From assembly GCF_006345805.1 (NCBI RefSeq), contig NC_042999.1, forward strand, positions 43,152,001 to 43,216,000: 64,000 nucleotides of DNA, written 5' to 3'. Within the stretch, counting starts at the first letter, position 1. Every line of letters starts with the position of its first letter. The notes below the pieces were generated by a model. The model had not been told where the DNA came from and ran no database searches. It saw only the letters and a list, made by a program, of their open reading frames with translations. Shown here piece by piece: positions 1-12,210 of the stretch. The stretch is from Octopus sinensis (lineage: Eukaryota). The position numbers and the translations under genes were made by a program.

Positions 1-1530
1 AAAGGTAGAAATCAGAAACAAACTGGGAGTACTTAAGATGTCTCAACAAGAACAAGCTAAAGGGGTTTGTAAGCCAGCACTTAGAGAAGTAAAATCCATG
101 TGGACCGTTGGCTTGGTTGTATCACTTGATGAAAGGGTTCAGTTAAAGAGTACAGGGTTAGGTTTGTATAGGACTTCCGGGGGGAGGGGGAGTAAAAAAC
201 AGAAGTTATGAGAAGGATGGTCGATGTTTTTCATAAATGGGCAAAGCGGAAGCCTTCTCTGAAAGTTCTAAGTATAAATTGCTCATACCTACACAGATTC
301 AGTGATGTACAATTGCCTGATTCTCAAGCTTATACCAAGAAATAATTGACCAGATTGCAGTGCATATTCTTTAGCATGTTGCAGAAGAGAGAAGTTCTGG
401 TGCTCAAGGAATCCATCTGTTGCTAACAGCCACTCCAGGAGGGGGTCTCAGGATGCAATGGGTGGTAATACATAGACACTTACTGTGAGTGATACAGCTG
501 CGGAGATTTATGGAGTACAATGATAATTGTAAACAGGTCTAGGCACTGCTTGTGTAACAAGTCTTTGTGGTAGTTTGGAGTCAAGCAAAGTTCAAGGTTA
601 GGCATTTTGACATTTGCAATATAGGCAGGTACTCAGTGCATTCTACATGCTAGCAACTGTGGCTCAGGGAATGATTCTGGGTGATAATGGAAACAGTTTG
701 AATAGTATCTTTGGGAGGACTTTCAGGATGGGGTGAATTATAGGCAACTTCCAAACATACTGGGCTTAACAAAGCTACTAGAGGCATTGGCTGTTTGGGA
801 CAAATTCTTCTAACGCCAATGTACTAGAAACCAAACGAAGCCAATGTGCATGTAATATAATGAAACCATCCTCTGTGTGTACTCCCAAAGAGTCCATACA
901 TTGCTGAAATGAAATGAACAGTTGTTATTGTATGTAAGATAGATCTGGCTTTCAGCTAAGTTTATTGTGACAACTGTGTTGCCATCTCTCTTTGGCAAGG
1001 AAGGACACAAAGATTTGTAAAATTGTTAGTGTCAGACAAAATGGCATTTTTTTTTTCTAGCTCATTACATTCTGTGTTCAAATCATGGAAAAAGTCAACT
1101 ATATTGTTTTTGTGAGGGATCAAGAAAATAAAGTACCAGTCAAAAAGTATAATTGATTGACCCCATTCTTTACATCCATCTTTACTTTACATTCTGAGAT
1201 CAAATTCCATCAAGGCTGATTTTGTCTTTCATCCTTTCGGCGTCGATAAATTCAGTACCAGTGAAAGACTGGAGTCAATGTAATCAACTAGTCCCTTTCC
1301 AACCTCCACCAAATCCAAGGCGTTATGCCTCTAGTAGAAAGGATTACCGCCGCCATCACCACCACCATCATCATCATCATTAATAGAAAGGTAGTGGAAA
1401 GGCAGAAAAATTGCTTTGTAGTAGTATTTATTTCTACATTCAGAGTTCAAATCCTTCCAAAGGCCAACATTGCTTTCTATCTCACCAGGGTCAATAAAAT
1501 AATGTACCAGTCAACTATTAAATCAAAAAC

Positions 1531-1755
1531 CATTATTATCATTCTTTTACATGAGGTTTTGTTGGAACTCCTGGAGTTTTGCATAAGTAGCAGACTTGCT
1601 ACCTGCAGCCTAGAGCACCATGTTATTTGTTCTCTTCAACTAATACATTCCTGACGATTCTGATTGTGCCAAGGAAGCAAGCTTTTTGTTGCAACTCTAC
1701 TGAGACATTCTAATCACATTTCCTTTATATTCCTCTCAATACCCTTTTAGATGAT
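1531..1755 (-). mobile_element. 3' end of R4/Dong-clade LINE (decayed)
   Basis: Minus strand 1706-1642 reads VSVELQQKACFLGTIRIVRNVL, matching the R4-type C-terminal 'LQKAALLGTARILRKVL' motif. It is followed by a short 3' UTR ending in a TAA-type tail and abuts an (AAT)n tract on the element strand. Confidence 0.65.
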
Positions 1756-1979
1756 ATTATTATTATTATTATTATTATTATTAAGACAGTGAGCTGGTAC
1801 AATCATTACTGCACTGGGCAAAAAGCTATACGTTCTGAGTTCAAATTCCTTTCGGGGTCAATAAATTAGGTACCAGTTGAGTACTGGGGTCAATATAATC
1901 AAGTCAATATACTCCCTCCCCGAAATTTCAAGCCTTGTGCCTATAATAGAAAGGATGATTATCCTCACCATCATCATTA

Positions 1980-2290
1980 GGACACATGGCATAGTGGTTA
2001 AGATGTTGCACTCACAATCATGAGATCATGATTTCAATTCCTAGTACCGGGTGGCATGATGTGTTCTAGAGCAAAACACTTCAACTGATGTTGCTGTGTG
2101 ATCACTTCAACACCTGACGCGTGGTACACTGAGCACCTGTTCAGGCAACGTCAATTCGATGGCAGGAGTGGGCTAATGTGCACCACATGCATTTGATCAC
2201 TATAAACAAATCATCTGTGCAGGTTGTTCGGCAAAGAGCTGGAAACTCATGTCATCTGCAATGGGAGAGTCCATTATTATTATTATTATT
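1980..2290 (+). mobile_element. tRNA-derived SINE (family F)
   Basis: A-box-like TGGCATAGTGG, degenerate B-box GATTTCAATTCC, body, (TTA)n tail. Confidence 0.6.
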
Positions 2291-4959
2291 AAGGTGGCAA
2301 ACTGGCAGAATAATTACCACACTGGGTAAAATGGTTAGCAGCACTTCATCCTTCTTTACATTCTGAATTCAAATTCCATCAAGATTGGATTTGCCTTTCA
2401 TCCTTTCAAGGTCAATAAATTAAGTACCAGTCAAGCACTGGGGGTCAATATAATCGACTTGTCCTCTCCACCAAAATTTCAGGTTTTGTACCTATAGTAG
2501 AAAGGATTATTATTTTATTTATTTTTATCAATCATCTTTAATTTATGCTTATCTAATAACCATAAACGTTACTAATAGGCTAGAAATGGAATGGATGCTG
2601 GCAGCACGCCAACATATTTGATGTGCAATTGGCACCAACTAACAACGGCACCGTGGAGGTAATACATAACACTGACAGGAGCAACCAGTCTGCTTGCACT
2701 ACTGAAAGAATGCTAACAGAGTTGAAGAGATATTTAATATCGGATGAATCTTCCTTAGCATGGAGGAATCAATAAGATCAGCTAAGCTGCGTGAGCTATC
2801 TTCTAAGAATGGGATTCTACAAGTCATGTTGTACAAAACTCAAGTGATATTACACTATGTTTACTTTCCTGTTATGTCTATCAAGTTCCATATTTTGATT
2901 TAATTATATAAGCCAGCATGTGAATGTAACAAGACTGATGGGAGATAAGAAGAAAAAATATCCCAGGGTGCCTGCTGCAGAAAAACTGAATAGTAATGTG
3001 GAGCTCTAGCTACCGTAATTGATTTAGTATTCTTTTACCTATTTTTCTTGTTGCAGTTGTTGGACTGGGATCATGCTGGGCACAGCCTTGAAGGGTTGAT
3101 GATGATCAAATCAACCCCAGTTCTCATTTTGTTTCAAAGTTTGTTAGCATAACACTCATTGCACTTCTAAGTTACGGGTCATAAATGAAGGTACCGATAT
3201 TTTCAAGCAGAGCCAAAATAAAGACAGATACAGACATAGATGCACACAACAGGTTTCTGTGTAACCATTACATTCAAAAGGCATTGGTCAACCCTAGGCA
3301 AGAAAGCACTTGCTCAAGATACTATGGAGTGGGATCAAACAAGGGACCCTCTGGTTGTGAAAAAAAGCACACTGCCATACCTGCGTCAATAAATTTCCTC
3401 ACTTTACACATAAAATATGCTGGAGATCACTGGAAATAAACGAAATGTTCCCCACATAGCAGGAAGCTAAACTTGAAAACTCTCTTCAACCCCATTCTCA
3501 TCCATAACAGCAGAAGAGCTTCATGCTTCACTAAGCTAGTAGAGCTTATGCTAATCTCTCTGTTTATCATAATGTTGTCGTTACTATCATCACTTTACAG
3601 CTGCTTACCATGATTGCATGGACTGGATGGCTTGTTGTTGCACTCTTAGACAGTTCAAAGGATAACTTCTTAGTCTTTAGTTCCATTTTAGCTTCGTTTC
3701 TAGGAACAGATGCCCTTCATAAAATCAACTTTACCAAGTCTCCTTGGTGCATTATTTTTATAGCACCAGCACTGGGGAGGTTGTCATGTCTTCAGCAAGA
3801 CTAAATGGAAGCTCTCAAACCCATACTTAATGGGTTGCACAAGGTGCATTTTACTGTGGCACCAACACTAGAGGGGATAAGAATAAGAGTGTGCTGGATA
3901 GCAAGAAATCAGAGTACAAAGAGTCAAAACAAATACAGCAAGGCACCTTATCCTGTACCCTAACAACTCCTTTGATACACAGCTCAGGACTGGCACTTTA
4001 TTTGATCAACCATAAGGAATGGAACACATGGCAAAGTCAATCTCAGCAGAACTTGAACTCTGAATGGATGACGTTTGAAGACACAAAGAAAGTAAGCTGG
4101 TAGAAACAAGAGAATGTCAAACCAAATGTCTCACAGGTGACAGACCTTGATTTTCATCCCTCTATATCATCGTCATTGCTGTTCTAACATCCAATTTTTA
4201 CATGCTTCCATGGGTCAGACAACATTTATTGAAGCAAATTAGCTATGGCTGGATACCCTTCTTCTCATCATCAACACAAGGACACAAACATGTGCAATGT
4301 ACTAGTAACATATTCAAAAACCATTCTGTCAACCATACCATTCTAGCGGCTTAACAAATTTGCAGCCTTGTATTAATATAAAGAATCAACATTAGAAAAT
4401 AAAAAGCCACAGAAAGAAGGGAAAATTTAGCTTCTTCATGTGTGTGAGTGTGTGTGTTTGTAAACTTAAGAGAAGATAAAGCAAGCAAAAATATTAATAA
4501 ACTAAATGAATGAATATAGAAACTTGCTCCCAGAACACTTCCAAATATGGTTGGTAAACACAAACCATTTCTTTAGTCCCCTGATTTCTAGTTAAACTTT
4601 GTTCCGATTTTTTTCCCGCTCCGCTTAATAATTACCGACCAGTTGCTTTCATTACCTTCTTTTGCTTTAAATGGTTTAAAGTTACAAAAAGAAATAAGAA
4701 CAACAAATTAATCAACAATCTAAAGTGAAATTGAACCAACAACGACTACTACTACAGATCTGTATTCTAGGTTGCACTAAGATTCCGTAAAATAGAATAA
4801 ACACGTATTTATTACTGTAAATCCTATCACAGAAACTAGCTTAAAAGATTAAAGAGCTTTATGCTTAGCCATCTGGAAAGATGGCAGAAAATATGGTGAA
4901 AGTAAGGTGTTGAGGAGGAGGAAGTGGATGCAGGAGATGAAAGGGAGAAGAGTGTCGTT

Positions 4960-5442
4960 AAAGAGAGGAAGAGTTGTAAGGAGAGGAAGGAGAGAGTTGT
5001 GAGGAGAGGAAGGTGAGAGTTGTGAGGAGAGGAAGGTGAGAGTTGTAAGGAGAGGAAGGGGAGAGTTGTAAGGAGAGGAAGGAGATAGTTGTGAGAAGAG
5101 GAAGGGGAGAGTTGTGAGGAGAGGAAGGGGAGAGTTGTGAGGAGAGGAAGGGGAGAGTTGTGAGGAGAGGAAGGGGAGAGTTGTGAGGAGAGGAAGGGGA
5201 GAGTTGTGAGGAGAGGAATAGGAGAGTTGTATGGAGAGGAATAGGAGAGGAAGAAGAGAGTTGTGAGAGAGGAAGGGGAGAGTTGTGAGGAGAGGAAGGG
5301 GAGAGTTGTGAGGAGAGGAAGGGGAGAGTTGTGAGGAGAGGAAGGGGAGAGTTGTGAGGAGAGGAAGGGGAGAGTTGTGAGGAGAGGAATAGGAGAGTTG
5401 TATGGAGAGGAATAGGAGAGGAAGAAGAGAGTTGTGAGGAGA
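4960..5442 (+). repeat. 23-bp purine-rich minisatellite (GGAGAGGAAGGGGAGAGTTGTGA)n with a 171-bp higher-order duplication
   Basis: The unit is visible directly. The minus-strand ORFs repeat every 23 aa (3 x 23 nt). A variant block GAATAGGAGAGTTGTATGG... occurs at about 5216 and 5387. Confidence 0.9.
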
Positions 5443-6454
5443 AGGAGGAGAGAAATGTGAGAAGAAAACGAAGACGTGGAAGATAATTACATGGAGAGAA
5501 AATTGAATGTAGAAAGAAGAGATATAGGAGGGAGAAATACAAGATGAAAATATAATTGAGTAAAGAGAATAAAAAGAGGGCAGGCAATAATGGGGAGGGA
5601 TGAAGAGGAGCAGAGAAGAAAGGGAAGAGAGAAGAGAAGTGTAACGGGAAGGAAGGCATGACAACAAAATGATCAACTAGGGACATACAAAATCATGAAA
5701 AATGGCTGCAAAGAAGCGAAAAACGACACATGCATACATACCCCCCCCCAACACACACACACAGAAGGGGGGGGGATAAAAATAGAAAAAGAGCATAGAA
5801 AAAAAATGTGGAGTGCAAGAGATGTAGCTGACATAGAAATAATTCTATCGTGGACAAGAACTCCTCTCTACAAACACTACAACATTGTGAACTCCCGTTG
5901 AAATAATCTACATCTAGCTTCACTGCAGGGCATTTTCTTCATTTTATGTTAACTGGAAATCACTACAAATTCAAAACATTCTCACAGTACCACTCATTTC
6001 ACCTGGCGGTGGACATTGGCAATGATGTCACAGAACAATGTCTAGTTTCTTTTCTTCTACCTCTTAACAGCACCCTTTTTTTTTTTCCTTCCTGCAGCCA
6101 TGCAGGGACCAATTCCATTTAACTACTTTCCAAGGATTTGTCCCTCATTCCCAACTGTCTCTGCTAAGTCTGAAATGAACCATTGTAAGTTTCCGCCCCC
6201 TACAGTTCACCAATTGCTGTTCTGCTACTCTTCCAATGTCCAATGCCAGCCAGTTAGGACGTTATGGTTCTGGCAACAAAACTTGTTCCACATCTAACAG
6301 GAATACACTACACCATGTTTCTCAACCATTTTTGGCATATGGACCATTTTGATATCTACTTTACTCTAATGGACCTCCACAGCCATAGAAACCATGCCAA
6401 ATCAGACTGGAACTTGGTCCAGCTAACCAGTTTCAGTTAAATTGTCTAACCCAT

Positions 6455-6964
6455 GACAGCATGGAAAGCAAATGCTAAATGATGATGAAATATGAGAAAT
6501 AATATTGAAAAACTTAAAATATTTTGTGTAAGAATAAAGACTCATTTCAGTCATGAATGACCATGGGATTGCACCTAGAAAGCTACCCTCCAAGGCACAA
6601 GTCCAGGTAAGGTTGTTTATAGAAGACAGCATGGAAAGCAAATGCTAAATGATGATGAAATATGAGAAATAATATTGAAAAACTTAAAATATTTTGTGTA
6701 AGAATAAAGACTCATTTCAGTCATGAATGACCATGGGATTGCACCTAGAAAGCTACCCTCCAAGGCACAAGTCCAGGTAAGGTTGTTTATAGAAGACAGC
6801 ATGGAAAGCAAATGCTAAATGATGATGAAATATGAGAAATAATATTGAAAAACTTAAAATATTTTGTGTAAGAATAAAGACTCATTTCAGTCATGAATGA
6901 CCATGGGATTGCACCTAGAAAGCTACCCTCCAAGGCACAAGTCCAGGTAAGGTTGTTTATAGAA
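6455..6964 (+). repeat. Three apparently identical tandem copies of a 170-bp unit
   Basis: Units start at 6455, 6625 and 6795. The translated ORFs repeat with a 170-nt offset. Junction microhomology is GAC(C)AGCA. Confidence 0.95.
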
Positions 6965-7204
6965 GACCAGCAGTCGCCCATGCAATACCTACCCTCTCCA
7001 AGCCACCAATGTTATCCATAGGAAAGGTAAAGGCCAATATAGCTTGGCACAAGTGATGCTGCAACTCTTTTCTACAGCTGAGTGAACTGGAGAAATGTGA
7101 AATAAAGTGGTGTGCTCAGGAACACAATACACAGTCTGGTCCAGGAATTGAACTCACTACCTCGTGATTATGAGCCCAATACTCTAACCACTGAGCCATG
7201 TGCC
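6871..7204 (-). mobile_element. tRNA-derived SINE (family H) with 11-bp TSD
   Basis: tRNA-like head on the minus strand (GGCACATGGCTCAGTGGTTAG...GAGTTCAATTCC). TSD TATTTTGTGTA at 6860-6870 and 7205-7215. Confidence 0.8.
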
Positions 7205-7390
7205 TATTTTGTGTATTGCAGAAGTATAAGCAATCTACTTATGAATTTTAACAACAAAATCTTATGTGGACCCCTAAGGTCTATGTGGAACCTGGTTAAG
7301 AACTACTGCTCTACACGGTCATCTTCATGTCTCACATGACACCCAAACCTAAGTCCTTTGCAAATACAAGTTTGTGTGATCAAGTGAAAA

Positions 7391-7700
7391 CATGTAGCTT
7401 ATTGGTTAGGGTATTTAGCTCATGATCATAATATTATGGGCTCAATTCCCAGGGTGTCTGAGCAAGAGACTTTATTTCACATTGCTCCATTTCACTCAGA
7501 TGGCAAAAATGAGCAGTACCAGTTTTTTCAAAGAGCCAGCCTTGTCACATTCTGTGTCATGCTGAATCTTCCTGAGAACTACATTAACAATATGCATGTC
7601 TGTGGAGTACTCAGCCACTTGTAAGTTAATTTCTCAAGCAGGTTGTTCCATTGATCAGATCAAGTGGAACACTTGTCATAACCGATAGGGTACCAACATC
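7391..7700 (+). mobile_element. tRNA-derived SINE (family G); a second copy lies at about 14140-14435 on the minus strand
   Basis: Degenerate A/B boxes. The body CTTTATTTCACATTGCTCCA..CACTCAG..GGCAAAAATGAG...GCCAGC.TTGTCACATTCTGTG is shared in inverted orientation with 14140-14435. Confidence 0.65.
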
Positions 7701-7857
7701 TGCTTTTCCATGCTTGCATGGGTTGAACCTAGTTTATTGAAGCAGGCTACATGCCCTTTCTGTCACTAACACTCACCTGTTTTCAAACAAGACAATATTT
7801 CCTTCATGGCTAGAAATGCTCCACATAATACTACAAATGAATGACAATGCTTATATA

Positions 7858-8050
7858 GGCGCAGGAGTGGCTGTGTGGCAAGTAGCTTGCTAACCAACCA
7901 CATTGTTACATGGTTCCGGGTTCAATCCCACTGTGTGGCATCTTGGGCAAGTGTCTTCTGCTATAGCCCCGGGCCGACCAATGCCTTGTGAGTGGATTTG
8001 GTAGACGGAAACTGAAAGAAGCCTGTCGTATATATGTATATGTATGTATG

Positions 8051-8100
<50 letters not shown>

Positions 8101-8330
8101 ATATATGTATGTATGTGTGTGTATGTTTGTGTGTCTGTGTTTGTCCCCCTAGCATTGCTCGACAACCGATGCTGGTATTTTTACGTCCCCGTCACTTAGC
8201 AGTTTGGCAAAAGAGACCGATAAAATAAGTACTGGGCTTACAAAGAATAAGTCCCGGGGTCGATTTGCTCGACTAAAGGCGGTGTTCCAGCATGGTCGCA
8301 GTCAAATGACTGAAACAAGTAAAAGAGAGA
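7858..8330 (+). mobile_element. tRNA-derived SINE family B (CORE-like motif, internal (TA)/(TG) microsatellite, GTAAAAGA-type tail)
   Basis: Head GGCGCAGGAGTGGCTGTGTGG, B-box GGTTCAATCC, (A/T)CTTGGGCAAGT motif resembling the MIR/CORE domain start, internal (TA)n. Many copies occur in the window. Confidence 0.9.
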
Positions 8331-9002
8331 ATATAACAGTCATTTGCAACTATTAAGTGATGCCAACACATGAAGACGCAAACATGCACACACACATTAT
8401 GACATCATTTGAGCAAAAATAAATGAATAAATAAATAAAAGTGATGAAGTGCTTACATCTCCAGTGAACAGTATGGCCTGTAGCTTTGCACTTTCAAAGT
8501 TTAGTGGAAGGATAAATCCCTTGATAGAAAAATAGACAAGGGCTAACAACAGGAAGAGTATCCAGCCATAAATTTCTGCTTCAAATATGTAACCAGCCAA
8601 CCCATGCCAGCATAGAAAAACAGATGTAAAATGGATCATCACCATTATTTTAATGGACACTTTTCCATGCCCACATAGGTCAAATGGAATTTGTCGAGGA
8701 GGATCTATGGCTAGATGCTGTTCCTGTCACCAACCTTCACCTGTTTCCTAATAAGGTAATATTTCCCCCATGACCAGGCATGTCTTCAAGGGAAGACTGG
8801 AAACAAAGGACACCACTTGCATGAGGATGCCTCTCAGAATTATTATGCAATGTCAAGGCAAGAACACAGTAAATCACATACACACACAACACTTCCACAT
8901 ATACAATCTCTCCTGTCCAAAGCTCCGTTCACTTTGGTGAGTGGAAAAGAAGTGCTGCCTTCTAGGTGTTATTAACATGCGCGCACACACACGCGCGCAC
9001 AC

Positions 9003-9038
<36 letters not shown>

Positions 9039-9672
9039 CAGGTTCTGTTGCTTCCTTTCAACCAAATTCACTCTCAAAAGTTTTGATTGGCATATGTGTT
9101 CTTTCTTTCCTGAGATCACAGGGTCCAATTTGAGAGAGACTGAGCTGTGATTTCTAGCAGGTCAAGTAATATATCCAGAGGTTCTAACATTGATGTGCTT
9201 CTCTTGTAAAGCATGTACTGTGTGTGTGTGCGTGTGTTGTACACATGCACCTGTGTTTGCACACACAGCAACAAATATTCAATGAACACCAAAATGCACA
9301 CTTTTCACATGGACATTTCATGTTTGGTGCAGTATATCTGTCTGCACAATGCAACACCCCAACACACAATTTTTCCAACCCTCTCTTTCTCTATCTCTCT
9401 CTCTCTCTCTATTCTATATCCTTTCACTTCCAGTGTTCCCCCTGTGTTCCTTTTTTTCTCTCTTCCTTTCATTGTTACCAGTCCATTTATCTGTAGCTAC
9501 TTTCACTTTCTCACTTCCTTTCATAATTCTTCTAGTTAAAAACCATCTCTTAAAGCTGCAGGAATGAACATGCTAGCAGAGAGGAGGAAATTTTTTACAC
9601 AAATGGAAGATGGTGAACATCAAACAAATGGACAATAGGCAAGGTGAAATGTGTGAAAAAGAGAGGGGGAAA

Positions 9673-9707
<35 letters not shown>

Positions 9708-10479
9708 AAGAGAAGAAGTAAGAGAGGGTAAAAGTTACTGAAAAGAGAAACTGAAAGGAAGGAGGAGTGGCAAGAGAAAAACACATTTAACAATATAGTT
9801 TCTGTAGGTGACCCTCCCCACTTAACATTAATAACCACCATCATAGAGCTGAAGTGTGAATTGGTTTCAAAATAAGAAACTGAAAAATTAAACAGAAAAG
9901 ATTTCAAGTTTCCATCCTAAATTTCTATTTGAAATTTATTATAAAAAAAGATATGATATTCAACACACACATTACACATGTACTTCACTGTCAAGATACA
10001 AACATGTCATTCACATATATATATATACATACACATATATACATACATATATACAATAAAAAAAAAACTTTATATTCATATATATATATGCATAATAACA
10101 CATTTTTTTATAATAAAATTCATATAAAAATTTAGGATGGAGGCTGAAAAATCTTTTCTCTTTACACACACACATTATACATATATATACACACACACAC
10201 ACTTAAAGAAAAAGAATAACAAACACATAGGGAAAAAATGCAAGACAAAAAGAGAAAAAAGTTGAAAGAGAACAGCGTGAGTGTTTTAGTTGTGACATAA
10301 TAGAAGGGTGGAAAAGGAATACAACAGCAACAACAATATTCCAAGAGTCTAACAGTGAATTCTATGTGAAAAACACAGCAACAGATTTCTTAATATTGAT
10401 TGATTGACTCTTTCACTGAAGACTTGAAAGCTTTAAAGACAAAATATCACAGCAGAGGAAAAAGTCGGATGATGATAAA

Positions 10480-11250
10480 GAATGGGAGAAGGGGGGAAGA
10501 GGAGAGCGAAACAGAAGGGGGAGGAGGAGGAGAGAAAGACTAGGAGAAGATGGTAAAAAGAAAAGAGAAAGATAAGGGAATGAAAGTAGAGGAGAAGATA
10601 AGTGAGGATAGAAAAAAAGGGGGAAAGAAAAGGAGAAACTGAAGAAAAAAAAAGGAGAAAGAAACCGAAGGGAAAAACAAGGTGAAAGAAAGAAGAAACT
10701 AGGGGAGACAGTAGGGAGGATTTGGAGGGAAGAACTTAGTGGAAAGGAAGGAAAAGACCCAGGGAGAGAGAATAGGACCTGGGGGATTGGAGAGAGAGAA
10801 AAAGAGAGATTTAGGACAGAAGAAAGAGGTCTTAGAGGGGAAAAGGATTTGTAGGGAAGAACTTAGGGAAGAGGTCTTATGGCAATGAGGAACAGAAGGG
10901 GGGGGGGTTAGAGAAAAGCCAAGCGGGTAGCAGGTTGGAGAGAAGTACTAAGGAGAAATGAAGGACCAAGGACAGACCAAGACAAGGATCAAGGACACAA
11001 TGATAGAAAGACATAAAATGGAAGTGAATATGGTAAAGGATGAGACAAGTGTGTAATGGTGGGAAACGAAAGACAATGGGATAAGGTGAAAAAGAGAGGA
11101 CAGAGAAAGAGAAAATAGAGAGAGGAAGACAGAAACTAAAATAGAGCGAAGAAATAGAACAAAGAAAGAAGAAACAAAGGAAAGAATGGTGAAACAAATA
11201 AATCATATAAAAGTAAAGAATAAAGAAAATGCACAAGAATATAGTGAAAC
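10480..11250 (+). repeat. Polypurine low-complexity tract
   Basis: Almost entirely A/G on the + strand. Similar tracts lie at 5450-5660, 16795-17100 and 29150-29830. Confidence 0.85.
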
Positions 11251-11480
11251 AGAGATCAATTCTCTGAAGTGTCCAACTGTAGCGAGTTTGGTAAATATAA
11301 AAGCTATGGAAGAATGGATACCAACAGCTTAATGCTTAATGCTGAACCTTTCTGCAAGTGACCTTGAAGTTGATGTAGCAACAATTCCTTTGTGTCCCAG
11401 AAAAATAGGTGAGAAGTAAAAATTCGCCCACACTAAAGACACAAGAAATCAATTAATCTATATTTTTGTTCCAGACGCCA

Positions 11481-11516
<36 letters not shown>

Positions 11517-12210
11517 AGTACAAATACTAATCTTACTGTTATCCATTGCAACTACCCGTGACTGATTCTTAATGAATGACTTATTTAGATCAAAGATATG
11601 AGAAACACCTTCTTCTTGGCAAGGAAAACAAGATTGGAGAGACAGAATATAGATGAGAGAAAACACAGAACACACATGTGTATATGTTTGCATGTGGAAT
11701 TAGGCTTAGAAATTCATAAGTCACTATATGTATTCATTAGGTTTGATACACACTTCTAATATATAAACATGTACATTATATGTATATGCACATACATGCA
11801 AACATGGCAGGAACGTAGTGCTAAAGGCGGAAGCAGTGTGGTTTTTGAAATTGCCAAAAATACACCACATAGCTACCGTAAACATTATCACATTTATCAT
11901 GTTTAATGGCAATGTTCAGCAGGATTTAGCTTATGTATGGTGAGTGCTTTCTCATTCTGAAGATAAACCTATGAACAAAAAACTACAAACATGTGTATCC
12001 ATGCTTACTCAAAGTTCTACTAATATATCAACATCTTTATGTCTTAGCCTTTATGTCTAAGAGTGTGTGTGTGTGTGTGTGTACACACACATGCATGCAC
12101 ACACATGTATGCATGTGTATTTTTAAGTTGGTATATGTGAATTAATACGTACAATAGTAAAAGTATGTGTACTCATAAACATATCCCTCCACATAACACA
12201 ATTTCTTAGT

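Larger units (their letters stand above)
6314..7308. mobile_element. hAT-type MITE hosting nested SINEs and a triplication
   Basis: Ends CATGTTTCTCAACC...GGTTAAGAACTACTG, the same family as the elements at 33092, 51849 and 54337. The 8-bp TSD is CACTACAC/CTCTACAC (7/8). Confidence 0.75.

Noticed and set aside
1-1010. GC-richer stretch with a minus-strand DLFTIIIVLHKSP, reminiscent of a LINE endonuclease
   Set aside because: Too decayed; no second motif could be confirmed, so it is not called.
2560-2800. Possible L2/Jockey 3' remnant on the minus strand (VMYYLHG)
   Set aside because: Only a single weak motif.
4849-5686. 275-aa and 242-aa minus-strand ORFs
   Set aside because: Products of a stop-free 23-bp minisatellite and a polypurine tract; the unit length is not a multiple of 3.
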